This document shows, piece after piece, positions 48,082-58,129 of a stretch of 64,000 bases of DNA. Position numbers and translations under genes: made by a program. Positions within the stretch are counted from its first letter, which is position 1. Each line of letters opens with the position of its first letter. The notes below the pieces were generated by a model, which saw nothing but the letters and a program-made list of their open reading frames with translations, had not been told where the DNA came from and made no database searches. Source of the DNA: Candidatus Bathyarchaeota archaeon (GTDB lineage: Archaea; Thermoproteota; Bathyarchaeia; 40CM-2-53-6; RBG-13-38-9); the NCBI GenBank assembly GCA_963807605.1, contig CAWECG010000003.1:448377-512376 (forward strand), in the 5' to 3' direction.

Positions 48082-48834
48082 TCATTTCTCTCCAGCGATA
48101 ATACCTATCGTTCCCACCATAAATGGCAATTTTAGCGCCAGAGGAATAAAGGCAGCTTCTCGTGTTTCTATAAATTGCGCGTTTCTTATCCCCCAACTTC
48201 GGATAGTCTCAATCAAATCAGCTGTATTGCCATATATCTGCCTCCGCAAGAACAAGTCCTGAAAGACAAATATTCCCCCCTTCTTAACCACACGCAATGC
48301 TTCCCGGATAACTTCTCGCTTATCTTTGGTGTCCCTCACTTCATGAAACACGAGATTGCTTACAACCGCATCAAAATACCCATCCTCAAATGGTAACGCC
48401 GAAGCGCTGGCTTTCTGGAAGGTTACACGCTCATCTACTCCTTCAATCTTCGCATTGCTTTCACATGTGTTTTTTGAGTATCCCCACCGTCTTCCCCAAG
48501 AGTCAATTCCCACAACCCGGCCTCTCGCATACTTTTGAGCAAGCTTGATCGTAAGGGCACCATTTCCACATCCTATATCCAATGCGCGCCCTTCTCCATT
48601 CCAATCCAAATGTGCCAAAACCAATTCAACGATATGGTCTTGGATATTCCCCCCTTGGGCAGAAAACTTGTATCGCGCATACGCACAATAGAGGGAAACT
48701 AGGAAGAACAAACCAGCAGGAATTACGAAGACTGGAAACAAAAGGGCAACCCCCAAAAACACGAGACCTGCAGCACCAGGAATATAGACTAGTCTCTTTG
48801 AGAGCCAGTTCCCGTATTCTGGCTTTCCTGCCAT
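48082..48834 (-). CDS. class I SAM-dependent methyltransferase with N-terminal membrane anchor
   Basis: Motif I (LDIGCGNGALTIKLAQ), motif II (VVGIDSW) and a later DAVVSNLVFHEV; two N-terminal hydrophobic helices. Flanked by repeat copies on both sides. Confidence 0.7.
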   Translation of the reverse strand: MAGKPEYGNWLSKRLVYIPGAAGLVFLGVALLFPVFVIPAGLFFLVSLYCAYARYKFSAQGGNIQDHIVELVLAHLDWNGEGRALDIGCGNGALTIKLAQKYARGRVVGIDSWGRRWGYSKNTCESNAKIEGVDERVTFQKASASALPFEDGYFDAVVSNLVFHEVRDTKDKREVIREALRVVKKGGIFVFQDLFLRRQIYGNTADLIETIRSWGIRNAQFIETREAAFIPLALKLPFMVGTIGIIAGEK

Positions 48835-48955
48835 TTGTACATCCCTTTCTTTTCCCTTCTCGACACTCTACTATGCGCCAACCTGTGCATATATGAAGTT
48901 AAACAATGCGAGCGGCGTAGCGAACAGCATAGATGCGTATGTTCACCAAAAGATA

Positions 48956-49010
48956 CACAAAAATCACGATTCAAATCATGATGCTCTCACCAGCTAAGGC
49001 ACACACACAG
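48956..49010 (+). repeat. full copy of the dispersed repeat
   Basis: 'acaaaaatcacgattcaaatcatgatgctctcaccagctaaggcacacacacag'. Confidence 0.7.
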
Positions 49011-49251
49011 TACTTAAACGACGATCAACGACCCAGTGAGGCTTAAGAGAGTCTTGAAATATCATTTCTACTGAGTTGAATTGAAGGCATAGCCTCTGAT
49101 AACGGAGGGTTAGTCCATTTATCCTCAGAGTTACCCATATGCGTCACAGTTTGGTCCCCCACCTGCATATCCACCCCTGCCGCTACCTTTCCAAAGAGGT
49201 CCAACAATCTCCGCTCCGACCGCTTCCAAAGTTGCAGGCATATTACTGATA

Positions 49252-49902
49252 TTGAGTGGTGCTCTCACACTCATTCTCGTGTCTTTTGACAAGATACTCT
49301 GGTTATCCTCGACTTTCAACGCTGTTGCGCTCTTAGTTTTCGCTATTATAGATCTGCTTCTGGGCGTTATCCTCTTCATTCGGCCTTACACGTACATCTT
49401 CATCCTTGTAACGGTCTGGAGTATTGTGCGAATCGCAATATGGTTCGGCGTCATTGTACAAGGTCCAAATTATGGGCTGACGTACGCTCAGTTCGCCGAC
49501 TACCTTTTCAACCCTATCGCCGTTAACCCGCCGAACCCTCCAGGCGTACCCGGTATTCTGACTGACCCAATCATAGTCTTAGAGATACTAGTTATCATCT
49601 TTGCACTGCTGGGTTACCATGCATATTCACACCTGACGCCTTTCCTCGGCTACATTCCGCTTCCCAGTTTTGCCGGTTATCCACCAGTTATAGGACCTGC
49701 ACCGTTCCCGAGGTTTCCACCAAGATTCGCGCCAAGCGCACCACTAGCTTTTGGACGGTCGCCTTATTATGGAGCACAACGATGGGGCGTTCCACATGCG
49801 TACGAGACTTGCAGGTATTGTGGGCAACAATTGATAGCCAGTGCTGACCGACACATGGATTATTGTCCCTACTGTAACAGGCATCAATGGCATCATGTCT
49901 AG
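49252..49902 (+). CDS. Pro-rich polytopic membrane protein with C-terminal zinc ribbon
   Basis: 216 aa with four or more TM helices, a Pro-rich segment (PPVIGPAPFPRFPPRFAPSAP) and a C-terminal CRYCG..x12..CPYC. Confidence 0.45.
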   Translation: MSGALTLILVSFDKILWLSSTFNAVALLVFAIIDLLLGVILFIRPYTYIFILVTVWSIVRIAIWFGVIVQGPNYGLTYAQFADYLFNPIAVNPPNPPGVPGILTDPIIVLEILVIIFALLGYHAYSHLTPFLGYIPLPSFAGYPPVIGPAPFPRFPPRFAPSAPLAFGRSPYYGAQRWGVPHAYETCRYCGQQLIASADRHMDYCPYCNRHQWHHV

Positions 49903-50060
49903 AACAATAAAGCGCGCGCTTAACCCAATTTCATCCTAGAAATGTCCATGTGGATGTTCACGTCGGAAAAGCAGCATCCACGTGACCACACCAAACAGCC
50001 AGATGTATGTATCCCCTGTCCCCTGCTGAGCGACGACGACGGTGTGCATATGATGATGCA

Positions 50061-51212
50061 CTATGGTTCGCCGACTATCTTGAAAGTTACGGGATATCTT
50101 GCCACATCGTTCCTTATGACCTTAGCCTTGTGTTTGAAAACAAGACCTTGAGTGTCACGCGAGAACATTTGACTTGTAATAACGACCGCTGATATTGTGG
50201 AGTTCTTGCTCAGTACCCGTTTGACCATAGTGTCAAGCCTCCTGAAGTCTTCATCCATCATTTGGCGATCTATGCTGTTCAGATCCACGTAGATCATACC
50301 GGGCTTATTTCCGCTCAACTGCTTCTTTGCCTTAGTTATGGACTCGATGACGCTCTTTATGCGATCGGGCATAATTGCACACTTGAAACCAAAAATCCTC
50401 GGATTTCTAATTACAGGTTGATCCTCTTTCTTTTCCATAGCGAAAACAAAAAAGTCCAGTTCTTCTGTCGACGCAAATTCCATCGAGTGAGATGTGATTG
50501 GGAGGTCATACTGCGAAAGTATCTTCACGGTTATTTCGATACCTTTCTCAGGAAACGCGAAGCGTCCTTGTTGTTTGCTCTTCATGAAACGTCTGAGCTC
50601 ATGAAGAATGAATTCAACATTCTCTTGCGTTGGATCACGTTGGGTCTTGACAACGAAGCCATAATTACACTTTAAATGATTCATGATAGCGGAGGCCTTC
50701 TGCATGATAAGCTTCCAGTACCCGTGGTTCCGCCTATCTCTTTGTGACAGTTTATCTTTTTGCTTGCATTCAACTTCTACCTGTTCGTCAATTTCCATTT
50801 CTGCCGTTTTGATCTTTTCGTCAGGTTTCTCCTTCAAGAATGCGACCTTATAATTCGCTCTTGCGTATGCCGATGCAACTTGCAGTTCATACACAGTCTT
50901 CTCAAATAGCTCTGATGAAACCGTGAGATTGCGTATTTTGCAGTCTAGTCGTTTTACGCTATTCTGACGAAGTATCGACAAACTCTCGCCGAGATGAGCC
51001 AATCGCATCATTTCTTCTGTCACATTCTCATTCGCGCCAGAGACTTCTAGCTGCTTATCCACTTGATGAATAAGGACTGCGAGTGGGTGATACCGATCTG
51101 TATAGTCGACGAAGGTCAGCCTTGTCTTGTCTTTTGGCGGAGCGTAAGACTTGATTTTCTGAAGCTCACTACTCAACCAATCACGGTCAATTACGCCTTT
51201 CACTTCGGACAC
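50061..51212 (-). CDS. hypothetical protein (383 aa), possible PD-(D/E)xK-like core
   Basis: No recognisable family. The segment ..YELQVASAYARANYKVAFLKE..EMEIDEQVEVECKQ has a D ... E-x-K pattern with strand-like hydrophobic context. Weak evidence. Confidence 0.35.
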   Translation of the reverse strand: MSEVKGVIDRDWLSSELQKIKSYAPPKDKTRLTFVDYTDRYHPLAVLIHQVDKQLEVSGANENVTEEMMRLAHLGESLSILRQNSVKRLDCKIRNLTVSSELFEKTVYELQVASAYARANYKVAFLKEKPDEKIKTAEMEIDEQVEVECKQKDKLSQRDRRNHGYWKLIMQKASAIMNHLKCNYGFVVKTQRDPTQENVEFILHELRRFMKSKQQGRFAFPEKGIEITVKILSQYDLPITSHSMEFASTEELDFFVFAMEKKEDQPVIRNPRIFGFKCAIMPDRIKSVIESITKAKKQLSGNKPGMIYVDLNSIDRQMMDEDFRRLDTMVKRVLSKNSTISAVVITSQMFSRDTQGLVFKHKAKVIRNDVARYPVTFKIVGEP

Positions 51213-51258
51213 ATGAGTGCATCTTCAAATGAAATGTCCCTCACATACCTGCAACTCC

Positions 51259-51492
51259 CTATGGTGAACGTTCGAGTCTGGCGAGGACTTTGGAGTACAT
51301 TCGGAAAGGTGTTCTGCCGGCCGCATTCTTGCGAAGGTGATGCAGTGTACTCTTAGCGATTCCTGGTTTAGAGGCTTGCTTTTGAGTCAACTCTAGGATT
51401 CGTTTACGAAGCTCCACACTATAGCTTTCTACCAGGTTGGGAGGCGCGCGCGCTTTTATATTTTCATTCTCTTCCGGCGAGAATATCTTCAA
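51259..51492 (-). CDS. small hypothetical protein (77 aa), possible HTH
   Basis: A basic C-terminus with LTQKQASKPGIAKSTLHHLRK. Overlaps the 3' end of the next gene by 29 nt. Uncertain. Confidence 0.25.
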   Translation of the reverse strand: MKIFSPEENENIKARAPPNLVESYSVELRKRILELTQKQASKPGIAKSTLHHLRKNAAGRTPFRMYSKVLARLERSP

Positions 51493-52084
51493 TTGGCGGG
51501 AAAGGAGGCTCAGCGCCTATTGAGGAGATCCTGCCGGTTGGGCATACAACATAGCAATGGTTGCATACTGTGCATATTGCTGCCTTTTCAGGGTAGAGCG
51601 CAATCCGTCTCCTTACGCCTCTTCCCACAGATCCAATCGCGCTATCCCAAGTCGCCTCAATGCACCGACGAAGACATAACCCACATAGGATGCATTTCGT
51701 GGGGTCGCTCTGCACCTTTGAGCGGAATCTAGAGAGATCAGCCTTGTATTCGCCGGCCAATTCGCGCATCCTGCCAGCGACATCTTCTCCCGCAGATGCG
51801 GCAGCCAACTCGAGTATGGTCTTTCTCATAGAATCGATTCTGGGAGACCTCGTTCTTACCTTCAAGCCTTCCTCAGCAGGGTAGCAGCACGCAGCGACTA
51901 TCCGTGATCTGCCTCTCTTCTCGATCTCCACGCTGCAGATGCGACAGACGCCATACGACTCCAGCTCCTCGTGATGGCACAGCGTCGGTATCTCCACGCC
52001 TGAACACTTTGCAGCCTCCAGAATCGTCATTCCCTCTTCGGCTTCAACATCTCTATCGTCTATTCTCAAGCTTAGAGCCTTCAT
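51464..52084 (-). CDS. stand-alone NuoG/HydA-N-terminal-like iron-sulfur protein ([2Fe-2S] plus [4Fe-4S] domains)
   Basis: 206 aa with a 2Fe-2S ferredoxin-type N-terminus (CHHEELESYGVCRIC), a His/Cys cluster region (ACCYPAEE), then CILCGLCLRRC and CTVCNHCYVVCP. No catalytic molybdopterin or H-cluster domain follows. Confidence 0.7.
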   Translation of the reverse strand: MKALSLRIDDRDVEAEEGMTILEAAKCSGVEIPTLCHHEELESYGVCRICSVEIEKRGRSRIVAACCYPAEEGLKVRTRSPRIDSMRKTILELAAASAGEDVAGRMRELAGEYKADLSRFRSKVQSDPTKCILCGLCLRRCIEATWDSAIGSVGRGVRRRIALYPEKAAICTVCNHCYVVCPTGRISSIGAEPPFPPIEDILAGRE

Positions 52085-52093
52085 GATCTAACC

Positions 52094-54013
52094 TCATCTT
52101 TTCCGGATTGGTTTCATTCCCTTTGGTGGTGGAGGTGGAATCGGTTCTCCTGATGATTTCCTGACCGCGTCGAACTTGCAGACCTCGTAGCACGCTCCAC
52201 ACTTCGAGCATTTCTCTTGTGTGATCCAGTGAACTTGCTCCTTTTCGCCGTTGATAGCATTAGTCGGGCATGCCTTTAGGCATAGTAGGCAGGCTTGGCA
52301 TCTCTTGGGCTCTATGTAGTAGTTAATCAGAGCTCTGCAGGCTTTGGCTGGACAACGCTTTTCCCTCAAGTGTTGTTCCCACTCGTCTCTGAAGTACTTC
52401 AGAGAAGTGAGCACTGGATTGGCTGCGGTCTTGCCTAACGCACATAGGGAAGCCTCCTCCATCGTCTTGGCTATTTCTTCAACTATCGACATGTCTTCAT
52501 TGTTGCCTTTTCCGGCGCAGATGTCTCCCAGAGTGCTGGAGAGAACTTTCAGTCCTTCTCGGCATGGAATACATTTGCCGCATGACTCCTCAAGCAAGAA
52601 ATCTACAAAGTACTTTGACGCATCAACCATGCAGGTGTTCTCATCCATGACCACCATGCCGCCAGATCCCATCATGGATCCGACCTTAGTGAGCTCGTCA
52701 AAGTCTACTGGAAGGTCGAGATACTTGTCAGGGATGAAGCCTCCTGATGGGCCGCCGGTTTGTACTGCTTTGAATCTCTTGTCACCCCTAATTCCTCCGC
52801 CGATCTCGAAGATTAGGTCTCGGAGGCTAATTCCCATAGGAACCTCTACAAGGCCTGTGCTGTTTACCTTGCCGACAAGTGAGAAGATCGCGGTTCCGCT
52901 GCTCCCTTGTGTCCCGATCTTCCTGAACCATTCTGAACCATTCAGGACTATCAACGGAACAGTGGCCCATGTCTTGACGTTGTTAAGGCAGGTGGGTTTG
53001 CCCCACAGCCCCTTTACCGCTGTGTGAATGTATTTTGGCTTGGGTTCGCCAATCTTACCTTCGATCGCTGACATGAGAGCGCTGGACTCTCCCGAGACGA
53101 ACGCTCCAGCACCTCTGTGTACCGTCACCCTAAAACTGAAACCTGACCCCATTATGTCTTCGCCAAGCAGTCCATAATCTTCGGCCTGCTTGATGGCGGT
53201 CGACACATTCTCCGCTGCTATGGGGTATTCTTCTCTCACATAGACGAAGCCTTTGTGGGCTCCGATCGCATAAGCTCCTATTGTGAAGCCCTCAAGTACG
53301 CTGTGAGGGTTATCCTCCATAAGCGATCTATCCATAAAGGCGCCAGGATCTCCCTCGTCGCAGTTGATGATGACGTACTTGGGTTCTTCAGGGGCGTTCC
53401 GTGTGGTCTCCCATTTCAGTGCGGTTGGAAAGCCTCCTCCACCACGGCCACGCAGGTTTGCCTTCTTGATTTCATCAACAACTTGTTGAGGTTTCATCTC
53501 GAAGAGGGCTTTTGCAAGGGCGTTGTACCCGTCGAATGCAATGTAATCTTCAATGCTCTTCGGGTCTAATTTTCCATTATTCTCCGTCAGTATCCTAAGC
53601 TGGTGCTTGTAGGAAGGTATCTCCTGGAGCTTATTTGATCTCTTGCCTGTTGCTGGATCTTTGTACAGCAGCCGCTCAACAATCTGCTTATTCTTAACAG
53701 TCTTTGAGACTATTTCCGGGGCATCTTCAGCCTTTACCCTGAAGTAACAGATCTCCTCTGGGTAGATCGTGACTGTGGGGCCTTGTTCACAGAAACCTGA
53801 ACATCCAGTCCCCTTGAGCCCCACCTCGTCCTTTAGTCCCTGCTTTTCAAGCTCGGCTTTGAAAGCTTCCATGACTTTGAAGGCGCCGAGTGCAACGGAG
53901 CATGTGCTGACGCTGACTAAGATTCTGCGCTGATTTTTAGTTTGATTCGCTGTGATTGTCTTACGGAGGCTTCCAAGGTCTTTGGGTGATTTTATTCGGG
54001 TTACAACTGCCAA
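52094..54013 (-). CDS. NuoF-like NAD(P)H-binding flavoprotein with N-terminal Trx-like [2Fe-2S] and C-terminal 2x[4Fe-4S] (HydB/NfnB-type architecture)
   Basis: 639 aa with a Trx-like 2Fe-2S (CSVALGAF..GCSGFCEQGP), a NuoF core (GRGGGGFPTALKWE; EESCGKCIPCREG) and a C-terminal CQACLLCLKACP and CSKCGACYEVCKFDA. Confidence 0.8.
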   Translation of the reverse strand: MAVVTRIKSPKDLGSLRKTITANQTKNQRRILVSVSTCSVALGAFKVMEAFKAELEKQGLKDEVGLKGTGCSGFCEQGPTVTIYPEEICYFRVKAEDAPEIVSKTVKNKQIVERLLYKDPATGKRSNKLQEIPSYKHQLRILTENNGKLDPKSIEDYIAFDGYNALAKALFEMKPQQVVDEIKKANLRGRGGGGFPTALKWETTRNAPEEPKYVIINCDEGDPGAFMDRSLMEDNPHSVLEGFTIGAYAIGAHKGFVYVREEYPIAAENVSTAIKQAEDYGLLGEDIMGSGFSFRVTVHRGAGAFVSGESSALMSAIEGKIGEPKPKYIHTAVKGLWGKPTCLNNVKTWATVPLIVLNGSEWFRKIGTQGSSGTAIFSLVGKVNSTGLVEVPMGISLRDLIFEIGGGIRGDKRFKAVQTGGPSGGFIPDKYLDLPVDFDELTKVGSMMGSGGMVVMDENTCMVDASKYFVDFLLEESCGKCIPCREGLKVLSSTLGDICAGKGNNEDMSIVEEIAKTMEEASLCALGKTAANPVLTSLKYFRDEWEQHLREKRCPAKACRALINYYIEPKRCQACLLCLKACPTNAINGEKEQVHWITQEKCSKCGACYEVCKFDAVRKSSGEPIPPPPPKGMKPIRKR

Positions 54014-54016
54014 AGT

Positions 54017-54670
54017 CTAGGCCTGCCTATACTTGGATAGGACCTTTTCCACATCAGGTAGTTTGAGGTTGCCGTGATATTCCTCGTTGACGGTCATGAC
54101 TGGGCCCAGGGCGCAACAGCCTACACAATTGACGGTCTCAAGACTGAATTTACCATCGGCGGTTGTTCCTTCCCTATCCACGTTGAGGGATTTCTCGGCC
54201 TGTTCAAGAATCGTTTGAGAGCCTCGAACTTTGCAGGATGTTCCCATACAGACCCGGACGAGGTGCTTCCCCCGAGGAGCAAGAGAAAACGCCTTGTAGA
54301 AAGTTGCGATCTGGTAGACTTGGCTGATGGGTACATTCAGCTGCTTGCTCACCTCTGACAGCATCTCTCTTGGAAGCCAGCCGAAGCTTCGTTGCAGTCT
54401 CAAGAGGATCTGGATGAGCATACTCTTGTCATGTCCATACTCTTCCACTGCTTTATTCACTATCGCTGCGACTCCACGCAGTTTCACGGCCTTTCGTTTG
54501 ATCGAGGCCCTTTTCTTCAATTCTAAGTCCAACTTCCTTCGACCCAAAACGGAGGCTATATCTTCAGGTACCTTTACCTTGTAACGACATTGCGGGCAAG
54601 TGGCATAGTATTGGTTCTGACCCTGGTAGTCCCATTTATAACCGCAATGCTGGCAAGCTAATTCAACCAT
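54017..54670 (-). CDS. NuoE/HoxE-like [2Fe-2S] thioredoxin-fold subunit with N-terminal zinc-ribbon extension
   Basis: A NuoE core (VCMGTSCKVRGS ... VNCVGCCALGPV) preceded by about 35 aa with CQHCG..x15..CPQC. Confidence 0.75.
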   Translation of the reverse strand: MVELACQHCGYKWDYQGQNQYYATCPQCRYKVKVPEDIASVLGRRKLDLELKKRASIKRKAVKLRGVAAIVNKAVEEYGHDKSMLIQILLRLQRSFGWLPREMLSEVSKQLNVPISQVYQIATFYKAFSLAPRGKHLVRVCMGTSCKVRGSQTILEQAEKSLNVDREGTTADGKFSLETVNCVGCCALGPVMTVNEEYHGNLKLPDVEKVLSKYRQA

Positions 54671-54843
54671 GGCTAAGATTACTACCTACCTACCCACAAA
54701 CTAGAAGGTCACATATTTGAGTCTTTTTCGAACCCCTGGACTGGCCCAAGTCAAATAGATCGGGCTGGCAGCCGCTGCAAAGGGATCTCAGGTTATGTCT
54801 CATGCTTTTATACACGATTTCCTCCGCTATGACTGGATGATCG

Positions 54844-55860
54844 TTGTCGAGGACTGAAGTTGGCATAGGAGTTGTAGGATTAGGGTTTGTCGGCGAGAAA
54901 GCCCATCTTCAAGCCTTTCGGTCGATCCAAGGAGCTAAGCTAATCGCGATAGCCGACGTGGATGTCGAACGCGCGAGGAAGGCAGGGGAAAAATTCAAGC
55001 TAAGATCAGTGTATTCCAACCATCAGGATCTGATCAAGGATCCCAACGTAGATGCAGTTGTAATCTCAGTCCCAACCTTTCTCCACCACCAAATTGTGAC
55101 GGATGCTTTGAGGGGGGGCAAACATGTCCTATGTGAGATGCCATTGGCCCCAACGTTGAAGGAAGCTTACGAAATTGTCGACGAGGCCAAGAAAGCAGGT
55201 GTCGTCTTTATGCCGAGTCTGAACTTCAGATTCACACCAAATTATGTTAAGATGAAAGAGTTGATCGATCAAGGCTCGATCGGAAATCCGGTAGCGGCAC
55301 TCTACAGAGAGTTCATTCCTGCCAAGGATTTGGCATTGCAATGGCCACCGGGATCGTGGGCGTGGGACGACAAAAAAAGTGGAGGGGGCCCGGCGTTTAC
55401 ACTATCTGTATGGTCGATTGATCTTTTACGTTGGCTCCTCAAAGCGGATGTTGAGGAAGTTCATTCTGTTTTGAGAAATGTTAGTCTGCGTGAGCTGGGC
55501 GGAACTATTGGATACACTTCCCTCGCAGTTCTTAAATTCTCAAATGGAGCGGTCGCAACTCTCCAGTTCAGTGGGCTCGTCAGGCCCTCGATGAGCGATA
55601 GTAAACTGGAAGTTCTAGGTGATAACATGAATGGGCTGGTCGCAACTGGTAATGATGGTCTAGGTCTCAACGCTTCCGATCCGGACAAACAGGAATGGGT
55701 CTTTCGAGAGAAAGGAGCAAAAGTTTGGGGTCATTACCAAGAAGATGAGCACTTTGTGAGATCAATTCTGCAGAACAAAGAACCTCTCATCACCGTAGAT
55801 GATGCCCTAAAGGCTCAAGAGGTAGCCACTAGGATACTGCAGCCAGCACACGCCTCTTAA
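54844..55860 (+). CDS. Gfo/Idh/MocA-family NAD(P)-dependent oxidoreductase
   Basis: 338 aa with an N-terminal Rossmann fold (IGVVGLGFVGEKAHLQAF), the family motif (EMPLAPTLKEA) and a C-terminal alpha/beta dimerisation domain. Confidence 0.8.
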   Translation: MSRTEVGIGVVGLGFVGEKAHLQAFRSIQGAKLIAIADVDVERARKAGEKFKLRSVYSNHQDLIKDPNVDAVVISVPTFLHHQIVTDALRGGKHVLCEMPLAPTLKEAYEIVDEAKKAGVVFMPSLNFRFTPNYVKMKELIDQGSIGNPVAALYREFIPAKDLALQWPPGSWAWDDKKSGGGPAFTLSVWSIDLLRWLLKADVEEVHSVLRNVSLRELGGTIGYTSLAVLKFSNGAVATLQFSGLVRPSMSDSKLEVLGDNMNGLVATGNDGLGLNASDPDKQEWVFREKGAKVWGHYQEDEHFVRSILQNKEPLITVDDALKAQEVATRILQPAHAS

Positions 55861-55926
55861 CCGCAAGAAAGTTCGGTAATTCTCTCGATTGAGCATATTC
55901 GAGATTCGCTACTTCATCCAGATTGA

Positions 55927-57144
55927 TTATTCGCTTTCTAGGAGTAGAAGGTCTGGATCCTCAAGATATTTGATAATCGTATTTACGAATCTCGCCGCCA
56001 TCGCGCCATCAATCACCCTATGATCGAAGGATAGGGATAGCGGGATGATCTTTCTTATGACGACCTTTCCGCCTCGAACAACGGGTTTCTCATAGATTCG
56101 TCCCGTGGCCAAAATTGATGTCTCGGGGTAGTTGATTATCGGCGTTGCGTGAAGACCCCCAATGAAGCCGATATTGGTAATGGTGAAAGTCCCGCCCTTC
56201 AGATCTGCTAGGTTGACTGTTCGGGATCGTGCCTTTTCAGCCAAGTCTTGAATCTCGTTGGCGATCTTGAGTATGCTCTTCTGATCAGCACCCTTGACCA
56301 CAGGAACAATTAGACCTTCGTCGGTGTCTACTGCTACCCCGATATTGTAGTACTTCTTGAGAATGATTTCTTCATGCTCATCGTCAATAGAGGAGTTCAG
56401 ATAAGGATATTGTTTGAGAGCTGCAATTACAGCTTTGATCACGAAGGGTACGTATGTTAGGTGGATGCCATTTTTTTCTGAAACCTCATTCTCCTTTTCC
56501 CTGATCTTGACAAGATGGGTTACATCCGCCTCATCCATATGCGTTACATGTACTGCTGTCCTGCTTGACTCAATCATCTTCTTGGCAGTGCTTTTTCTTA
56601 CGCCCTTCATTGGTAGAGCTTCAATGTATCCGTAAAGGTCGTATTTCCTCGCAATCTTGGTAACTTCCAGTTTCCTCCCTTTTTCTTCTGCAAATCTTCT
56701 CACATCATCTTCTGTTATTCGACCTTCCAAACCCGTTCCCTTAACCTGGGAGATCTCGATGCCCAATTCTCTTGCAGCTCTCCTTGTGGCCGGTGTCGCA
56801 AGTATTTCGGGAGGTCCTGCTGTGGCTTCAGGTGCCTCTTCGAGGACGCCGACGACTGAGGCTTTAGGCTGAACAGGAACTAATTCCGGCCTCTCAAACT
56901 TCTCTCCAGGCTCCACTATGGTTACTAGTGTCTCTCCGACTTTGACGGTATCTCCTTCTTTATGGTGGATCCTTAGTATTCTTCCACCTAGCGGAGAGGG
57001 TATCTCGACTACGGCCTTATCCGTCTCTATCTTGACGATGGGTTGATGTTCCTGAACCGTGTCTCCTTCTTTGACCTCCCACTCTACTATTTCTCCTTCA
57101 GTAATCCCCTCACCAACGTCTGGAAATTTGAAATTCGTTGGCAT
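55927..57144 (-). CDS. 2-oxoacid dehydrogenase E2 (dihydrolipoamide acyltransferase)
   Basis: Lipoyl domain with IETDKAVVEIPSP, an Ala/Pro linker, an E3-binding domain (PATRRAARELGIEISQVKGTG) and a catalytic domain with the DHRVIDG motif (SFDHRVIDGA). Confidence 0.85.
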   Translation of the reverse strand: MPTNFKFPDVGEGITEGEIVEWEVKEGDTVQEHQPIVKIETDKAVVEIPSPLGGRILRIHHKEGDTVKVGETLVTIVEPGEKFERPELVPVQPKASVVGVLEEAPEATAGPPEILATPATRRAARELGIEISQVKGTGLEGRITEDDVRRFAEEKGRKLEVTKIARKYDLYGYIEALPMKGVRKSTAKKMIESSRTAVHVTHMDEADVTHLVKIREKENEVSEKNGIHLTYVPFVIKAVIAALKQYPYLNSSIDDEHEEIILKKYYNIGVAVDTDEGLIVPVVKGADQKSILKIANEIQDLAEKARSRTVNLADLKGGTFTITNIGFIGGLHATPIINYPETSILATGRIYEKPVVRGGKVVIRKIIPLSLSFDHRVIDGAMAARFVNTIIKYLEDPDLLLLESE

Positions 57145-57154
57145 AACAAAGCCT

Positions 57155-58129
57155 CTAGAAGCTCGCTGTCTTTTCCAGTGCTGTCATAATCTTTTCCACG
57201 TCTGGAAGATAATAGTTCTCCAGCTTGAAGAGTGGAAAAGGAACATCTAGGCCTGTGACCCGCGCAATCGGGGCCTCTAAACTTAGAAAGACTTTCTCGT
57301 TGATGAGCGCGGTGATCTCAGCACCGAGCCCGCACGTCTTAGGCGCTTCATGGACGATTACGGCTCTTCCTGTCTTCTCAACGGATTTGACCACGGTTTC
57401 GCTATCTAAAGGTGAGAGAGTGCGAAGGTCAATGACCTCTACGCTGATCTTATTTCCTTCCTTCTCAGCAGCTTCCAGAGAAGGTCGCATCATTGCGCCC
57501 CAAGAGATCACTGTGACGTCGCTGCCCTCTCGAACTACCTTTGCCTTGCCGAGTGGTACGACGTAATCTTCCTCAGGTACATCGCCCCTGACTGCGCGGT
57601 AAATTCTCTTCGGTTCCATGAAGATTACGGGGTCAGGGTCTCTGATGGCTGAGATGAGTAGGCCTTTCGTATCGAATGGTGTCGACGGTGTTGTGACTTT
57701 GATACCTGGAGTATGGACGAGATACGCTTCAGGGCTGTCGGAATGGTGTTCGGGCGGGCGTATCCCTCCGCCGTACGGAACTCTAACTACAAGTGGTACG
57801 TGGAATCTCCCGCGAGAACGGTTTCTTATCTTTCCAGCATGGGATATGATCTGGTCCAGTGCGGGGTATAGGAAACCCTCGAACTGAATCTCTGCCACTG
57901 GCCTCAGGCCGTATAACGCCAAGCCTATTGCGACACCCACTATTCCAATTTCGGAGAGTGGTGTATCTATCACTCTGTTCTCTCCAAATTCGTCTACCAG
58001 GCCTTCAGTCGCTCTGAAGACTCCGCCGTTTCTCCCTACGTCCTCTCCCAAGATCAGGACATTTGGGTCTCTCGTCATCTCTTGCTGGAGGGCGGACTTT
58101 ACGGCTTGGACGATATTCAGCTCAGCCAT
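57155..58129 (-). CDS. 2-oxoacid dehydrogenase E1 component beta subunit
   Basis: The transketolase-like beta subunit begins at MAELNIVQAVKSALQQEM.. (about 58129), overlapping E1-alpha by 8 nt. The track ORF (to 58312) adds ~60 implausible residues read through the alpha gene. Confidence 0.85.
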   Translation of the reverse strand: MAELNIVQAVKSALQQEMTRDPNVLILGEDVGRNGGVFRATEGLVDEFGENRVIDTPLSEIGIVGVAIGLALYGLRPVAEIQFEGFLYPALDQIISHAGKIRNRSRGRFHVPLVVRVPYGGGIRPPEHHSDSPEAYLVHTPGIKVTTPSTPFDTKGLLISAIRDPDPVIFMEPKRIYRAVRGDVPEEDYVVPLGKAKVVREGSDVTVISWGAMMRPSLEAAEKEGNKISVEVIDLRTLSPLDSETVVKSVEKTGRAVIVHEAPKTCGLGAEITALINEKVFLSLEAPIARVTGLDVPFPLFKLENYYLPDVEKIMTALEKTASF

